Assembly (NCBI GenBank): GCA_041584015.1
Contig: JBFHES010000002.1
Coordinates: 1-56,844, forward strand
Direction: 5' to 3'
Length of the DNA stretch: 56,844 nucleotides
From: Bacteroidales bacterium
GTDB taxonomy: Bacteria; Bacteroidota; Bacteroidia; Bacteroidales; M50B96
The notes below the pieces were generated by a model. It ran no database searches. It was not told the DNA's origin and saw nothing but the letters and a program-made list of their open reading frames with translations. Both the position numbers and the translations under genes were made by a program. Below, piece after piece: positions 1 to 9,550 of this stretch (position 1 is the stretch's first letter; each line of letters opens with the position of its first letter).

Positions 1-40
1 ACTTATAGATAAATCGTATTTTCACCCTAAACTTTGCACC

Positions 41-715
41 ATGAATCTACTTGAAAAATACGTTATCATCTGTCACAACAAAGAGAAAGCTGAATTTTAC
101 CCCTTCGACAATTATTTCTCTTATACCATCATTGGCGCGGTTCTGCTGGATCTAGCAAGTCAGGATTACATTAAATTAGAAAATGGTTCCCTGAAGTTAC
201 TCAAAACAAGCCGCACAAATCATCCTGTTTACGATTCCATCATCAACCTAATAAAGGCTTCGAAAAAAGACCGTAAGATCAAACATTGGATACAGCGTAT
301 TTATCAAAAGAACTGGCGCATTAAAAGAGACACGATTGAAGCTTGCGCTAAGAATGGGATCATGCGCATCGAACGCAAAAAATTCCTGAACATTATTCCG
401 TACAAGAGATACCATCTGAATAGCTCCAGCGAACGCAGGGAACTGATTCACCAACTCAGGGATGTTTGTTTGTACAAAAAGGAAGGAACGGCCGAGACAA
501 TTTCTTTACTTGGATTAATCCATGCTGCACAAGCTTACAAGGCACTGGCAAATGAAAAATCAGAGATTCGCACCATTAAAAAGAACCTGAAACAGCTGGT
601 TAAAAATGAATTGGTATCTGGCGTGATTAACTCCATTACGGATGAGATTAATACCGCTATTATAGCATCTATTGTTGCCACCACAGCCGCAACAACTGTG
701 GTCACAAGTTCTTAA
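41..715 (+). CDS. GPP34/GOLPH3-like family protein (tentative)
   Basis: 224-aa ORF. The N-terminal pattern LLEKYVII...FSYTIIGAVLLDLASQDYIKLENGSLKLL resembles GPP34-family proteins. The C-terminal tail is hydrophobic and rich in Ala/Thr/Val. Confidence 0.45.
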   Translation: MNLLEKYVIICHNKEKAEFYPFDNYFSYTIIGAVLLDLASQDYIKLENGSLKLLKTSRTNHPVYDSIINLIKASKKDRKIKHWIQRIYQKNWRIKRDTIEACAKNGIMRIERKKFLNIIPYKRYHLNSSSERRELIHQLRDVCLYKKEGTAETISLLGLIHAAQAYKALANEKSEIRTIKKNLKQLVKNELVSGVINSITDEINTAIIASIVATTAATTVVTSS

Positions 716-937
716 ATTCTTGAGGCGCAAAATTGGCTGCGATTACCCTGCCTGTGTTAATATCATAAAAGGCTTCAGTGCTTCATTTATGCTGAAAATT
801 GAACTATGATTTCTATTTCATGAAGGGATAGAAGAATTTAGCCCTGGCCTGATTAAGGCTATATTGCCCTTACTGGGCGTCAATGGATTTGCCTTCACCT
901 GGGTTTTTAGTAAAACAAGACGCAGCGCTGTGCGGTA

Positions 938-1085
938 GTCCTGGCAAGTAGTGCGCAAGTTTCAGCGCAAATCTTCAGTGTTTAGATTACTCTGCTTTCT
1001 GAAACGGCTTGCACTACGCGAAAAGCGATGGGTTGTAGTTGTACAAAAACGCAGGTGGCAGCAAGGACTTTTTTCTTTCTTTTTT
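938..1085 (+). ncRNA. Candidate structured RNA of unknown class
   Basis: Nested complementarity. GTCCTGGC (938-945) pairs with GCAAGGAC (1061-1068) at 7 of 8 positions. GTAGTGC..AAG/TTTCAG (948-965) pairs with CTGAAA/CTTGCACTAC (999-1017), giving about 16 bp with two bulges. An inner hairpin joins AATCT (970-974) to AGATT (984-988). A T-rich tract follows at 1069-1085. No ORF covers the region. Confidence 0.3.
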
Positions 1086-1254
1086 GGTCAATCAAAAATC
1101 AGTATGCTTTATTAAAAACTGAAAATCAACATAATGATAGTTTTTTTGGTTAACTTGGTGCAACAATAGTACAACAAGTCGTTCTTATGTGTTATTACCC
1201 TAAACTTTTCGTGACATAAATAGACTTTAGAAGAATATTTATGAAAGCATGACA

Positions 1255-4200
1255 CTAAATAATAATGCTTTTTAAACTAGTATATACTGCAAACTCTAAA
1301 CGACCTAATTTATCATCGACAAAGTTATACTGTTTATGAATAAGTTCATTTCTCTGCATGTGTTTGATAAAGACTTTAGTTAAACTGTAAAGAAGCATAC
1401 CAACATCCTGATTATCTGTTTTTCTACTTAAAAAGAATTCTGTTAGGGCTATATCGAAAATTCGACCTGCAACATCAACCGGGATTGAATCATCCCGGAT
1501 TATGCTTGCAAAAAAGTTCACCATAACTTTTATGGCATTATCTAATGATACGCCATAGTCTTCGGATAAAATTAATGGTAGGTTTAGGATACGAAGTTTC
1601 TCCGGCTGAATGACCTTGATCGATTTGTCCCCTTCTATAGTATTGATCATATCATCCGAGCTTAAACGTAGGAATCGAAATCTATATGATGCCAGATAAC
1701 CAAAATAATTAATGTAGTCCTCAAATTTTAAGATCCCTTCTGAATAGAGACGTTTAACTAAATAGAAAGAAGAACAATATTTTGGAACTTTTTTTCCCGT
1801 TTCCATTGAGTTGACTTGCATATTTATGTAATCATCAGTCAATATTAAAGCATTTTCCTTTTGTGCTAGAATACATGAATCTATTAGCTCTGGCATCAAG
1901 TTTTTTTCGCTCCAAACATTTGATTTTTGCGAAGGAGATAACGGTACTATTTTATTTGTATCAGATTCAATTAGATCTAATGCTTTTCTGATGTTAATTA
2001 GTATTAATTCAAAAGCATCAGACCTAGCTGGCCTAAAGATTGTTTCCCCTTTTACATAACTCAGATTTCCCATTGATTTCGATGAATCATTAAATTGTTC
2101 TATCAATTTATAGAGATAATTGATCAAAGAAACTGGCACTACTGCTCCTTTTAATCTAGAAAACACCTTTTCAAATAGACCCGATTCTGTTAAGAACAAG
2201 ACAGAGGTTGCATCCAGATAGACTTTTTCTCCTGAAAGCATTTGTTCCGCACTTTGTAATTGATTCTTCTCATCCAGCTCTGTTCCATCACAAAAATGGA
2301 TAAATCCTTTTTCCTCTCTCCCTATTTTGGCGATAGCTTCTTTTAGCCCGCCCAGTTTTGTAGCAAGCACAGATATTGGAAAGTATTTTGAACAAAAGAA
2401 ATCGAAGAATTCAGCTTCCGTTTTATATAAATCTTTAATAAAAGAATCTATTTTTTTCAGGTCAATTCCTTCAGATTTATCCGATGATGCATCTATAATA
2501 ATACCTTTTGACCATCCAGACTTTGATAAATTCATGAAGCTTTCCCAGATTTTCCAAATAACATATGGCGTTAATGGAAGGATGATTTCAATTTCTCGAT
2601 CTTTTTCTTCATTTGAGTACTTGTCATTGGGAAATATTACTTGCTGTCCAAGAGATTTCTGAATAAAACAATCGTATCGGTGGTCATCAGATCGAATCTT
2701 TTGAGCATCAAGTGGGATATCATTCCCAATATAATACCACCTTTCTTCATTTGCAACTTTGACATATGTATCTAGTGTTACTTGCTGAAGTGATTCTGTA
2801 GGATGCTTGTCTTTTATTTTGATCTCCATTAATAACCCATAAACAGAAGCATATTGTTCTGGGGTAGGGTTACCGCAATCTATTAAACCATCTATAATCG
2901 CATCTACAGCTTTTTCCTGATCATTAAATCTTGCATGTAAAGGAGCTTCAAATGATGTTTTAAACTGAAAGGAAAAAGGTGTATGTACATTTCTTTGAAG
3001 GATATCAAATGCTTTATCATATAACGACCTGTTAACGGCAGAAAAAAGAGTTTGTTCCAGTAGAACTTCTTTGTTTGCACGATCCATTTTCTCGACAATG
3101 TTGTTGTCCGAAAGCAAATCTTCACCGATTGTTAATGAATTTGAGTAATCCTGCAAATTGAAGTTTACGGTAAAAAGCTGAAGTTGTACCCTTGTTTTTT
3201 GTTCCGTACTAGCTGCAAGATTGAGTTGATGTTGAAGAATTTCTCTCTCCTTTTCCCACGAATTACATTTATTGGCGATCTCTACATATAGTTCACACTG
3301 ATAAAATGTCTTCATAGAATCAATCTGCTGCTTGTTTACATAAGATAATGCTTCATCATGGTATTCATTCTCGTGATAGTAACATATCCATAGAAAATCA
3401 ATGTTTTGGGTATCTCTTTCAGAGATTATATCCAGGAATCCTTTCCATATCTTAGGAAACTCTTTCAATGAGAGTGCAAAGCTTCGCATTATCATTAAAT
3501 CATTATCGATTAATTCTATAATGGAATCCATATCAGATTCTTCAAACGAACTAATTAATTGCAAAGCATGTGTTGCATGAATGCTTGTAAGGAATTCCTT
3601 TCCTTGTTTTAACAGTTGTTCGCGTATGGAGAACTGATAAACTAGTTTATTTTGAATATCAATATTTGGTTTTATTTGATTCTTCCTGAAATAATCAATT
3701 AGCTTAATAAATCCTTCAGGAGAAGTTGGTTTTATTAAAAGCATTTGGATTGCATGTTCAATGATGGAATCAAAGTTGGATTGAATGCATTTATCAATCA
3801 ATTCATCAGATAGTTGATGTAATTCATTAAAACGATTTAATATTGCAAGAGTGTCCAGTTTATTAGTTAATAATAGTATGATGTCTTTAGTGGAATCAGT
3901 ACCCCATATCCGCATATTATTAAAGACTGCTTCAATTTCATTGAGAATATCATCACCTTTTGCTTCAATCTTATTTTCAGGTAAGCCTCTTAGTTTTATG
4001 TTCTCAATAGAAAACTTAACATGGTAGTTCGCCAATTTATTACGGTTGAAATAGATCGCTTTTTCAACAAACGCAATTGCTTTTCTCTGATTACCTATGT
4101 TAAAAAAATTGATTGCATGTAGTTGGTAAAAGAGCGATTTCAACCGTCTATTTGTTGGTAATTTGCTAACATTTACTGTTGCACTGTCTATTTTCTCATT

Positions 4201-4920
4201 AAGTTTTACGCTCCTTACAAGTTGTTGGATTTTAAGATTCCAATCATCTCGGCAACTTTTTTCAACTTCCTCAAGTATTTCCTTATTTTTATCCAGTTGC
4301 TCAATATCAAGGTACAATTCAGCTAAGAACAGTTTTGGTCGTGGATCATTGAAATTGCATTTAATTAATGATTTATACATGTCTTCTGCTTCTGTCACAT
4401 TCTTTCTTCTTGCGATTTTGGCTTCGAGAAGTAATGCTTCTAAAAGCAGAGATTCATCATTAAGTGTTTCAACCGTTTCAATAATCCGTCCCAGGGAATT
4501 TGAGGCTAGATTAACGCAACCACGGTCTAGGTCAGTATTAATTAAATCCAAATAATGCTTGATTTTGGTTTTATGAACAACAAGATCTGGTACATGGTAA
4601 TGGTTTTCTAAATATTGAGATTCATGGTTATTCTTTAGTTCCTTTAGTTTTGCCACATCCCATTCCGAAACATTATTTGTTTCTATATGGTGATTGGCAC
4701 ACAATAGTATGAGATTTTCAAACGACCGTCTTTCATCAATGGTCTGATTAGGATTATATCTTTCCCCACCAGGTCGGTCAGCTTCGATATGACATATCTG
4801 TGCAAAAACGGTCCCTTTCTTGTCGACCAGGTTAGTTTTACAATCTGGGAAAGCGCACCTGTTCCCAGAAAGGGCAAAGAGCCGTTTTATTGTCTGATTT
4901 TTTATTCCCTTCCTATTCAT
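1255..4920 (-). CDS. Large HNH nuclease / helical-repeat / PIN-like domain protein (candidate defence or abortive-infection protein)
   Basis: 1221-aa ORF. The N-terminus has a CxxC...H-N-H signature (CAFPDC...ICHIEADRPGGERY...NLILLCANHHIETNN; about nt 4665-4863). The middle of about 800 aa is helical and TPR-like. At aa 900-1035 (nt about 1816-2223) there are PIN-like acidic motifs: KVYLDATSVLFL and ENALILTDDYINM. Confidence 0.6.
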   Translation of the reverse strand: MNRKGIKNQTIKRLFALSGNRCAFPDCKTNLVDKKGTVFAQICHIEADRPGGERYNPNQTIDERRSFENLILLCANHHIETNNVSEWDVAKLKELKNNHESQYLENHYHVPDLVVHKTKIKHYLDLINTDLDRGCVNLASNSLGRIIETVETLNDESLLLEALLLEAKIARRKNVTEAEDMYKSLIKCNFNDPRPKLFLAELYLDIEQLDKNKEILEEVEKSCRDDWNLKIQQLVRSVKLNEKIDSATVNVSKLPTNRRLKSLFYQLHAINFFNIGNQRKAIAFVEKAIYFNRNKLANYHVKFSIENIKLRGLPENKIEAKGDDILNEIEAVFNNMRIWGTDSTKDIILLLTNKLDTLAILNRFNELHQLSDELIDKCIQSNFDSIIEHAIQMLLIKPTSPEGFIKLIDYFRKNQIKPNIDIQNKLVYQFSIREQLLKQGKEFLTSIHATHALQLISSFEESDMDSIIELIDNDLMIMRSFALSLKEFPKIWKGFLDIISERDTQNIDFLWICYYHENEYHDEALSYVNKQQIDSMKTFYQCELYVEIANKCNSWEKEREILQHQLNLAASTEQKTRVQLQLFTVNFNLQDYSNSLTIGEDLLSDNNIVEKMDRANKEVLLEQTLFSAVNRSLYDKAFDILQRNVHTPFSFQFKTSFEAPLHARFNDQEKAVDAIIDGLIDCGNPTPEQYASVYGLLMEIKIKDKHPTESLQQVTLDTYVKVANEERWYYIGNDIPLDAQKIRSDDHRYDCFIQKSLGQQVIFPNDKYSNEEKDREIEIILPLTPYVIWKIWESFMNLSKSGWSKGIIIDASSDKSEGIDLKKIDSFIKDLYKTEAEFFDFFCSKYFPISVLATKLGGLKEAIAKIGREEKGFIHFCDGTELDEKNQLQSAEQMLSGEKVYLDATSVLFLTESGLFEKVFSRLKGAVVPVSLINYLYKLIEQFNDSSKSMGNLSYVKGETIFRPARSDAFELILINIRKALDLIESDTNKIVPLSPSQKSNVWSEKNLMPELIDSCILAQKENALILTDDYINMQVNSMETGKKVPKYCSSFYLVKRLYSEGILKFEDYINYFGYLASYRFRFLRLSSDDMINTIEGDKSIKVIQPEKLRILNLPLILSEDYGVSLDNAIKVMVNFFASIIRDDSIPVDVAGRIFDIALTEFFLSRKTDNQDVGMLLYSLTKVFIKHMQRNELIHKQYNFVDDKLGRLEFAVYTSLKSIII

Positions 4921-5238
4921 ATAAGAGCTATGAAAGTATGAAAAGTCATTTCACTATATAAATCTTTATCGAAACATAAAGTTAATTAATCCTATGTATT
5001 AGTTGCATTTCAATGTATGATATTACAATATCAATTCTTATTTAGTGGGCTCTATTGTTTACTAATACAAGCAAACGTTGATCTGTCTATGTATTATAAA
5101 AGTCTCATAATCTATCATGTGTGCTGATTAGATATACTAAACTATACCAAATCTCAGCATTTTCATTGCCATAGATGGACAATAATGGCCTATTATGGTA
5201 CATATTGGTTTAAATTGAAATAAAATGATACCACATTG

Positions 5239-5250
5239 GGTGATATCACC
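5239..5250. promoter_or_regulatory. Perfect 12-bp palindrome GGTGATATCACC, candidate operator
   Basis: Perfect dyad about 70 bp upstream of the ATG of the HTH/excisionase-like gene. It lies in the divergent intergenic region between the HNH-PIN gene and the mobile-element genes. Confidence 0.3.
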
Positions 5251-5316
5251 AAATCCATAATTTCAGTTACTGTATTATTGCAGCATAAATCATCTTAATT
5301 ACATTAAATTACAATT

Positions 5317-5583
5317 ATGGATTTAAAACTTGTAAAGACAAAAGACATCAATGAAATGAAACAGGATCTGCAAAAGATCAAAGAAAGCAACAAAGAAATT
5401 CAAGAAGTCTGGATGGACAGTTCTGAAGCTGCTAAGTTCCTTAAAGTATGCACTCGAACCTTAAAAAGATACAGGGACATGGGCAAAATTCCATTCGCAA
5501 AAGATGGCAGGATCGTCCGTTTTAGGAAATCAGATCTTATCAATTATTTAAACAAACATTATTTTACAATGCCATCAGCCTAA
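5317..5583 (+). CDS. Excisionase-family / MerR-type helix-turn-helix DNA-binding protein
   Basis: 88 aa. The segment WMDSSEAAKFLKVCTRTLKRYRDMGKIPFAKDGRIVRFRKSDLINYL is a typical excisionase-type HTH. It ends 7 bp before the primase gene. Confidence 0.65.
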   Translation: MDLKLVKTKDINEMKQDLQKIKESNKEIQEVWMDSSEAAKFLKVCTRTLKRYRDMGKIPFAKDGRIVRFRKSDLINYLNKHYFTMPSA

Positions 5584-5590
5584 AGCCAGC

Positions 5591-7585
5591 ATGAGTAAAA
5601 TCAGTATCTTCAGGTACTTCAACAAAGTAATTGCCAACCAAGAATTCAAGGTAATTACAGAAACAATCAAAGGGGATCGTTTCAAAAATGAAATCATTGA
5701 ATTAAGGAAAGTTTATGATAGTGGTGACGAGAATGCCTACAGTAAACAAAAGAAAAAACTTCTTGCTTTTACACCTTCAGGACTGTTTGAAGGTGGCCGG
5801 AAATCTAACTACTTGAAAACCTACTCTGGAATTATTGTCCTTGATATAGATAAGTCAGGAGACCAAACGGAAAAGTTCAGGACATTAATTAACAATTGCA
5901 AGTATACATATTGTTGTTTCCTAAGCCCAAGTGGACAAGGGTTGAAAGTGCTAGTCAGGGTTCAAACGAGTCCTGACCAGCACTTGAACCAATTCAATCA
6001 AATCAAGAAACATTACGAAAAGTTAATTGGTTTTAAAATTGATCCATCAGGGAAGGATTTGACACGACTGTGTTTCTTTTCCTATGATCCAGAAATCTTT
6101 TATAATGATAAATCAAAACCATTTTCATTCAAAGAGAAACTATCAGGTAAAAGCTATCACAAAGCAAAAAGCTTTGAAAATGTATCCAGAATTACCAATA
6201 AAAGCAGCAAATATGAAAATGGAAACCGGAACAACTACATTTATCAATTTGCGTGTAATTGCAATAGGACTGGGATTGAAAAAAGCGAAACCATTAAATA
6301 TGTAAAAGAGAAATTTGACCTAGATATCAATGAAGCTGCTAAAACAATAGATAGCGCCTATTCAAACAATGGGCATGAGTTTGCTAAAGAAAGGCTACGG
6401 AATGTCAATCAAACGTCAATCAAACAACAAGCAAGTTTCAAACCTACATCAAACAAGTTTGCAATAACAGAGAACTATCTCGATGAGCATTATACGATTA
6501 GATACAACGTTGTAGCATGTAAATTTGAATATAAAGCTAAAGATGCAAGAAAGTTCAAAGATTTGAATGAATACACCTTGTTCATTAAACTTCAAAAAGA
6601 CAATATTCAGATAAGTCTAAACCACTTGATAGCTTTACTAAAATCTGATTATGTAAAACACTACAACCCTTTTGTTGATTATTTTGAAAGCTTACCAAAG
6701 TGGGATGGGATTACTGATCATATAGGATTATTAAGTAAACATTTGATTACACCCGATCCAGAAAGACTCCAAAAGCAATTCAAGAAATGGTTGGTGAGGG
6801 TTGTAAAGTCGGCTGTTAATGATCGCTATTTTAACAAGCAAGCTTTTATCCTTGTTAGCAATACTCAGAATAATGGTAAATCTACATTTTGCAGGTATTT
6901 GTGTCCGCCTAAACTAAAAGATTACATCGTAGAAAATATTGGGACTGATAAGGATAGTTTAATCGCCTTAACAGAGAACCTCTTTATAAATCTTGATGAA
7001 TTATCTTCAGCTCAAAAGAATGATATTAATGCTTTTAAGAGTATGTTTTCAAAAGACAAGGTAAAAGCAAGATTAGCTTATGATAAAAGGGCTTCTGTGC
7101 ATGTAAGAAGAGCAAGCTTCTCTGGATCAACAGATCGTTGGGAGTTTCTAACAGATGAGAATGGAAGTGTCAGGTGGCTTTGCTTTGATATTACTAGAAT
7201 CGACTGGGCATATAATAAAACGGTAAATATGGACTTGGTATATGCTCAAGCCATTCAACTACTAAAAGATCCAAAGTTTAATTGTGAACTGTCCTATGAG
7301 GAAATGAAAGAGAATGAGAGGATCAATAAAAAATATCAGGTAAGTACAATTGAAAGAGATTTGATTCAAAAACACTTTATCCTTTCAATTAAAGAGGAAG
7401 GAGTTTTTATGACGGCTTCAGAGATTACAGAAGAGCTGCGTAGGATCACTTCTTATAAAATTGATGTATCATCTGTACAAATTGGCAAGGAACTAAAATT
7501 TTTGGGCTTTGAGCGAAAGAATGTATTTAAAGGAATGTATAGTAAGTATGGCTATTTTGTAAAAAAAGTAAAAATGAAATCTTGA
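5591..7585 (+). CDS. VirE/BT4734-like N-terminal primase domain fused to a VapE (virulence-associated E) P-loop helicase-like domain
   Basis: 664 aa. The N-terminus has VLDIDK, SPSGQGLKVLV and DPSGKDLTRLCFFSYD motifs, as in Bacteroidota mobile-element primases. The C-terminus has Walker A (NTQNNGKSTF) and Walker B (LFINLDEL). Confidence 0.8.
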   Translation: MSKISIFRYFNKVIANQEFKVITETIKGDRFKNEIIELRKVYDSGDENAYSKQKKKLLAFTPSGLFEGGRKSNYLKTYSGIIVLDIDKSGDQTEKFRTLINNCKYTYCCFLSPSGQGLKVLVRVQTSPDQHLNQFNQIKKHYEKLIGFKIDPSGKDLTRLCFFSYDPEIFYNDKSKPFSFKEKLSGKSYHKAKSFENVSRITNKSSKYENGNRNNYIYQFACNCNRTGIEKSETIKYVKEKFDLDINEAAKTIDSAYSNNGHEFAKERLRNVNQTSIKQQASFKPTSNKFAITENYLDEHYTIRYNVVACKFEYKAKDARKFKDLNEYTLFIKLQKDNIQISLNHLIALLKSDYVKHYNPFVDYFESLPKWDGITDHIGLLSKHLITPDPERLQKQFKKWLVRVVKSAVNDRYFNKQAFILVSNTQNNGKSTFCRYLCPPKLKDYIVENIGTDKDSLIALTENLFINLDELSSAQKNDINAFKSMFSKDKVKARLAYDKRASVHVRRASFSGSTDRWEFLTDENGSVRWLCFDITRIDWAYNKTVNMDLVYAQAIQLLKDPKFNCELSYEEMKENERINKKYQVSTIERDLIQKHFILSIKEEGVFMTASEITEELRRITSYKIDVSSVQIGKELKFLGFERKNVFKGMYSKYGYFVKKVKMKS

Positions 7586-7950
7586 TTGCTACAATTGTAT
7601 CTTATTTAGTATGAACTAGGATATAGTTTTTCGTTCTGCTATTTCAGATAGAATGAGGGTAACATTTATTTATGAATAAGCGTTGCCTTTTTTTTCATTT
7701 CTTTAAACCAACATCCGGCATTCTATATTCTAGGAAAATTATAGAAAGGCTATCTTTTTAGGTTTTCCCAAAAAAACCGTTAACTCCATTCTGTAAAATC
7801 ACCAAATATTGCAAAAAGAAGTTAACCTACCCTTGTAATTGTTGCTTTATCAAGTATGTCTAGACAGTAGTATTATGCATGTTATGAGAAGGTTGACTGC
7901 AGTGCTTCTTGTTGACTTTTGTGAGTTTATAGTGAAATAATGGATTAATA

Positions 7951-8280
7951 ACCGAGTAAGATTCAATTCCATGATTTCTCAATCAAGTTACTCGGTCATA
8001 ACAATTAATTGTCAATATGTTACAATGATTCGAGTAACTTAGTAACTTAAATTTGAAGAAATAAATGTTTTACATTTAAAAAAAAATTTGTCCCGGATCA
8101 AGACATCCCTCAAAAACTTGATATTTTTACAAAATCATCTTACTAACTTACTCGAACCCCTACTATCTTGTGATAATCAAGTATATATACCGAGTAACTT
8201 AAATGATTTTTAAGTTACTCGAAGTTACTCGGTTGATAGTCTAATAGCTAATAATAAGCGAATTATACTGAGTAAGATGA
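7951..8280. repeat. Iteron-like cluster of about 9 copies of (C)GAGTAAC(TT) / AAGTTACTCG(G) in both orientations
   Basis: Copies at 7952-7960, 7985-7996, 8031-8040, 8041-8048, 8144-8156, 8190-8200, 8212-8221, 8222-8233 and 8269-8277. It includes a perfect inverted repeat, CGAGTAACTTAAA (8191-8203) and TTTAAGTTACTCG (8209-8221). It sits inside an 870-bp stretch with no ORF of 60 aa or more. Confidence 0.6.
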
Positions 8281-8455
8281 TTCTGACGAATAAAATAGAT
8301 TAATTCTGTGGTTTATCTTTTAACTCCAAGGAGTTAAAGAGAAACTTCTAACTACACGAATTATTATCCTAAGACCAGTAACTTTAATACTCTAATATTT
8401 TTTAAAAAGTAAGATCATACATTTGATATTCCTGTGCTTATTAGATAGAATATAT

Positions 8456-9550
8456 CTAAAATATCGAAGTACTAACCTGGAACAACGGCAGGTACATTGA
8501 TACCAGAATTACAGCGACAATAACCCCAACAAAGATGATTAGCACTGGCTCCATAAAACTACCGAGCATTGTTAATCGTTGACCAAGAAAGCTGGAATAT
8601 TGTTCTTTTAGTTTTGAAAAGGAATTATCCAGTTTATTTACTTCTTCACCCATTCGCACCAGTGAAAGAAAACGTTGGTCGAACAATTTCCATTCCTTCA
8701 TACTTGCATAAAGGGATTCTCCTTGTTCAACATTTGTTTTAATTTCTTCGATAATATGTTCCAGATAAGTAAAGTAAATCATTCGCTTAACCAGATCAAG
8801 GGCATTAATGATTGATACTTTTGACGAAATCAGCAACTCCATTGACATACAGAACCGTTCTAAATAAATCGCTTTTACAATTCCTCCCACAAAAGGGATG
8901 CGCAATAAAAACTTATTTAAGGCAATTCTAACTTTCTTACTTTTTCGTGCAAAATAAAACGAGAGATAAACAACAAACGGAATAAGAATAAAAAAAAGTG
9001 AGTTTCGAACCATGAACTCAGACATGTCAATTACAAATTGGGTAACACCTGGCAATTCACCATTGAACCTGGCAAAAACATCCTTAAACATCGGTACAAT
9101 TACATTCAACATAAAGACAACAACCACTATGGCAGTGATCATTATAAATATTGGATAAGAGAGCGATCCTAAGATTTGTTTGGTATGCTTTCTCTTATTT
9201 ATATAAAAGTTCGAGAGTTCTTGTAACACTCTGTATAAACTTCCTCCTTCTTCACCAATACGAATGCTATTGAACTCATAAGCAGTAAACATTCCTGTGT
9301 TTTCGAAGGCTTCAGAAAGCGTACTGCCGCTAATTACATTTTCTAAAATTTGCTCAAGTATTTCTTTATGCTTTCCTTTTTTTTGTTCATGAATAATTAT
9401 ATCCAGCGTGGTTTTAAGATCAATACCTGATGATAATAAGAGATGAAATTCAGAATACAAACTTTCTTTAAATTTATCAGATAACCTTTTTCGTGACCCC
9501 GTAAGATCATAATCAAGAATCTTGCTTAGTCTGTCTTTCTTATTCTTCAT
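8456..9550 (-). CDS. GspF/PilC-family inner-membrane platform protein
   Basis: 364 aa. It has the duplicated cytoplasmic-domain plus three-TM layout, with segments such as LSEAFENTGMFTAYEFNSIRIGEEGGSL and SLYASMKEWKLFDQRFLSLVRMGEEVNKL that are typical of T2SS F-family proteins. Confidence 0.8.
   Translation of the reverse strand: MKNKKDRLSKILDYDLTGSRKRLSDKFKESLYSEFHLLLSSGIDLKTTLDIIIHEQKKGKHKEILEQILENVISGSTLSEAFENTGMFTAYEFNSIRIGEEGGSLYRVLQELSNFYINKRKHTKQILGSLSYPIFIMITAIVVVVFMLNVIVPMFKDVFARFNGELPGVTQFVIDMSEFMVRNSLFFILIPFVVYLSFYFARKSKKVRIALNKFLLRIPFVGGIVKAIYLERFCMSMELLISSKVSIINALDLVKRMIYFTYLEHIIEEIKTNVEQGESLYASMKEWKLFDQRFLSLVRMGEEVNKLDNSFSKLKEQYSSFLGQRLTMLGSFMEPVLIIFVGVIVAVILVSMYLPLFQVSTSIF

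Noticed and set aside
24-1208. 12-nt direct repeat ACCCTAAACTTT (24-35 and 1197-1208) as a possible att duplication
   Set aside because: Many exact 12-mer coincidences are expected by chance in 57 kb of AT-rich DNA. The enclosed segment contains no recombinase or other mobile-element gene.
720-1254. tRNA or tmRNA gene as an integration target next to the mobile-element genes
   Set aside because: I could find no T-loop (GTTCGAATC-type) or acceptor-stem/CCA architecture. The structure present does not fit a cloverleaf.
2327-4555. Plus-strand ORFs (2327..2662, 4163..4555) and minus-strand alternative-frame ORFs (2904..3125, 4683..4877) inside the HNH-PIN gene
   Set aside because: They lie entirely within a much longer, motif-bearing ORF. 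Their composition is low-complexity Ser/Leu/Phe-rich, as expected for shadow frames of AT-rich coding DNA.
7951-8280. Possible CRISPR array
   Set aside because: The repeats are only about 9-13 bp, occur in both orientations and are irregularly spaced. No cas genes are present. The region fits iterons or binding sites, not CRISPR.
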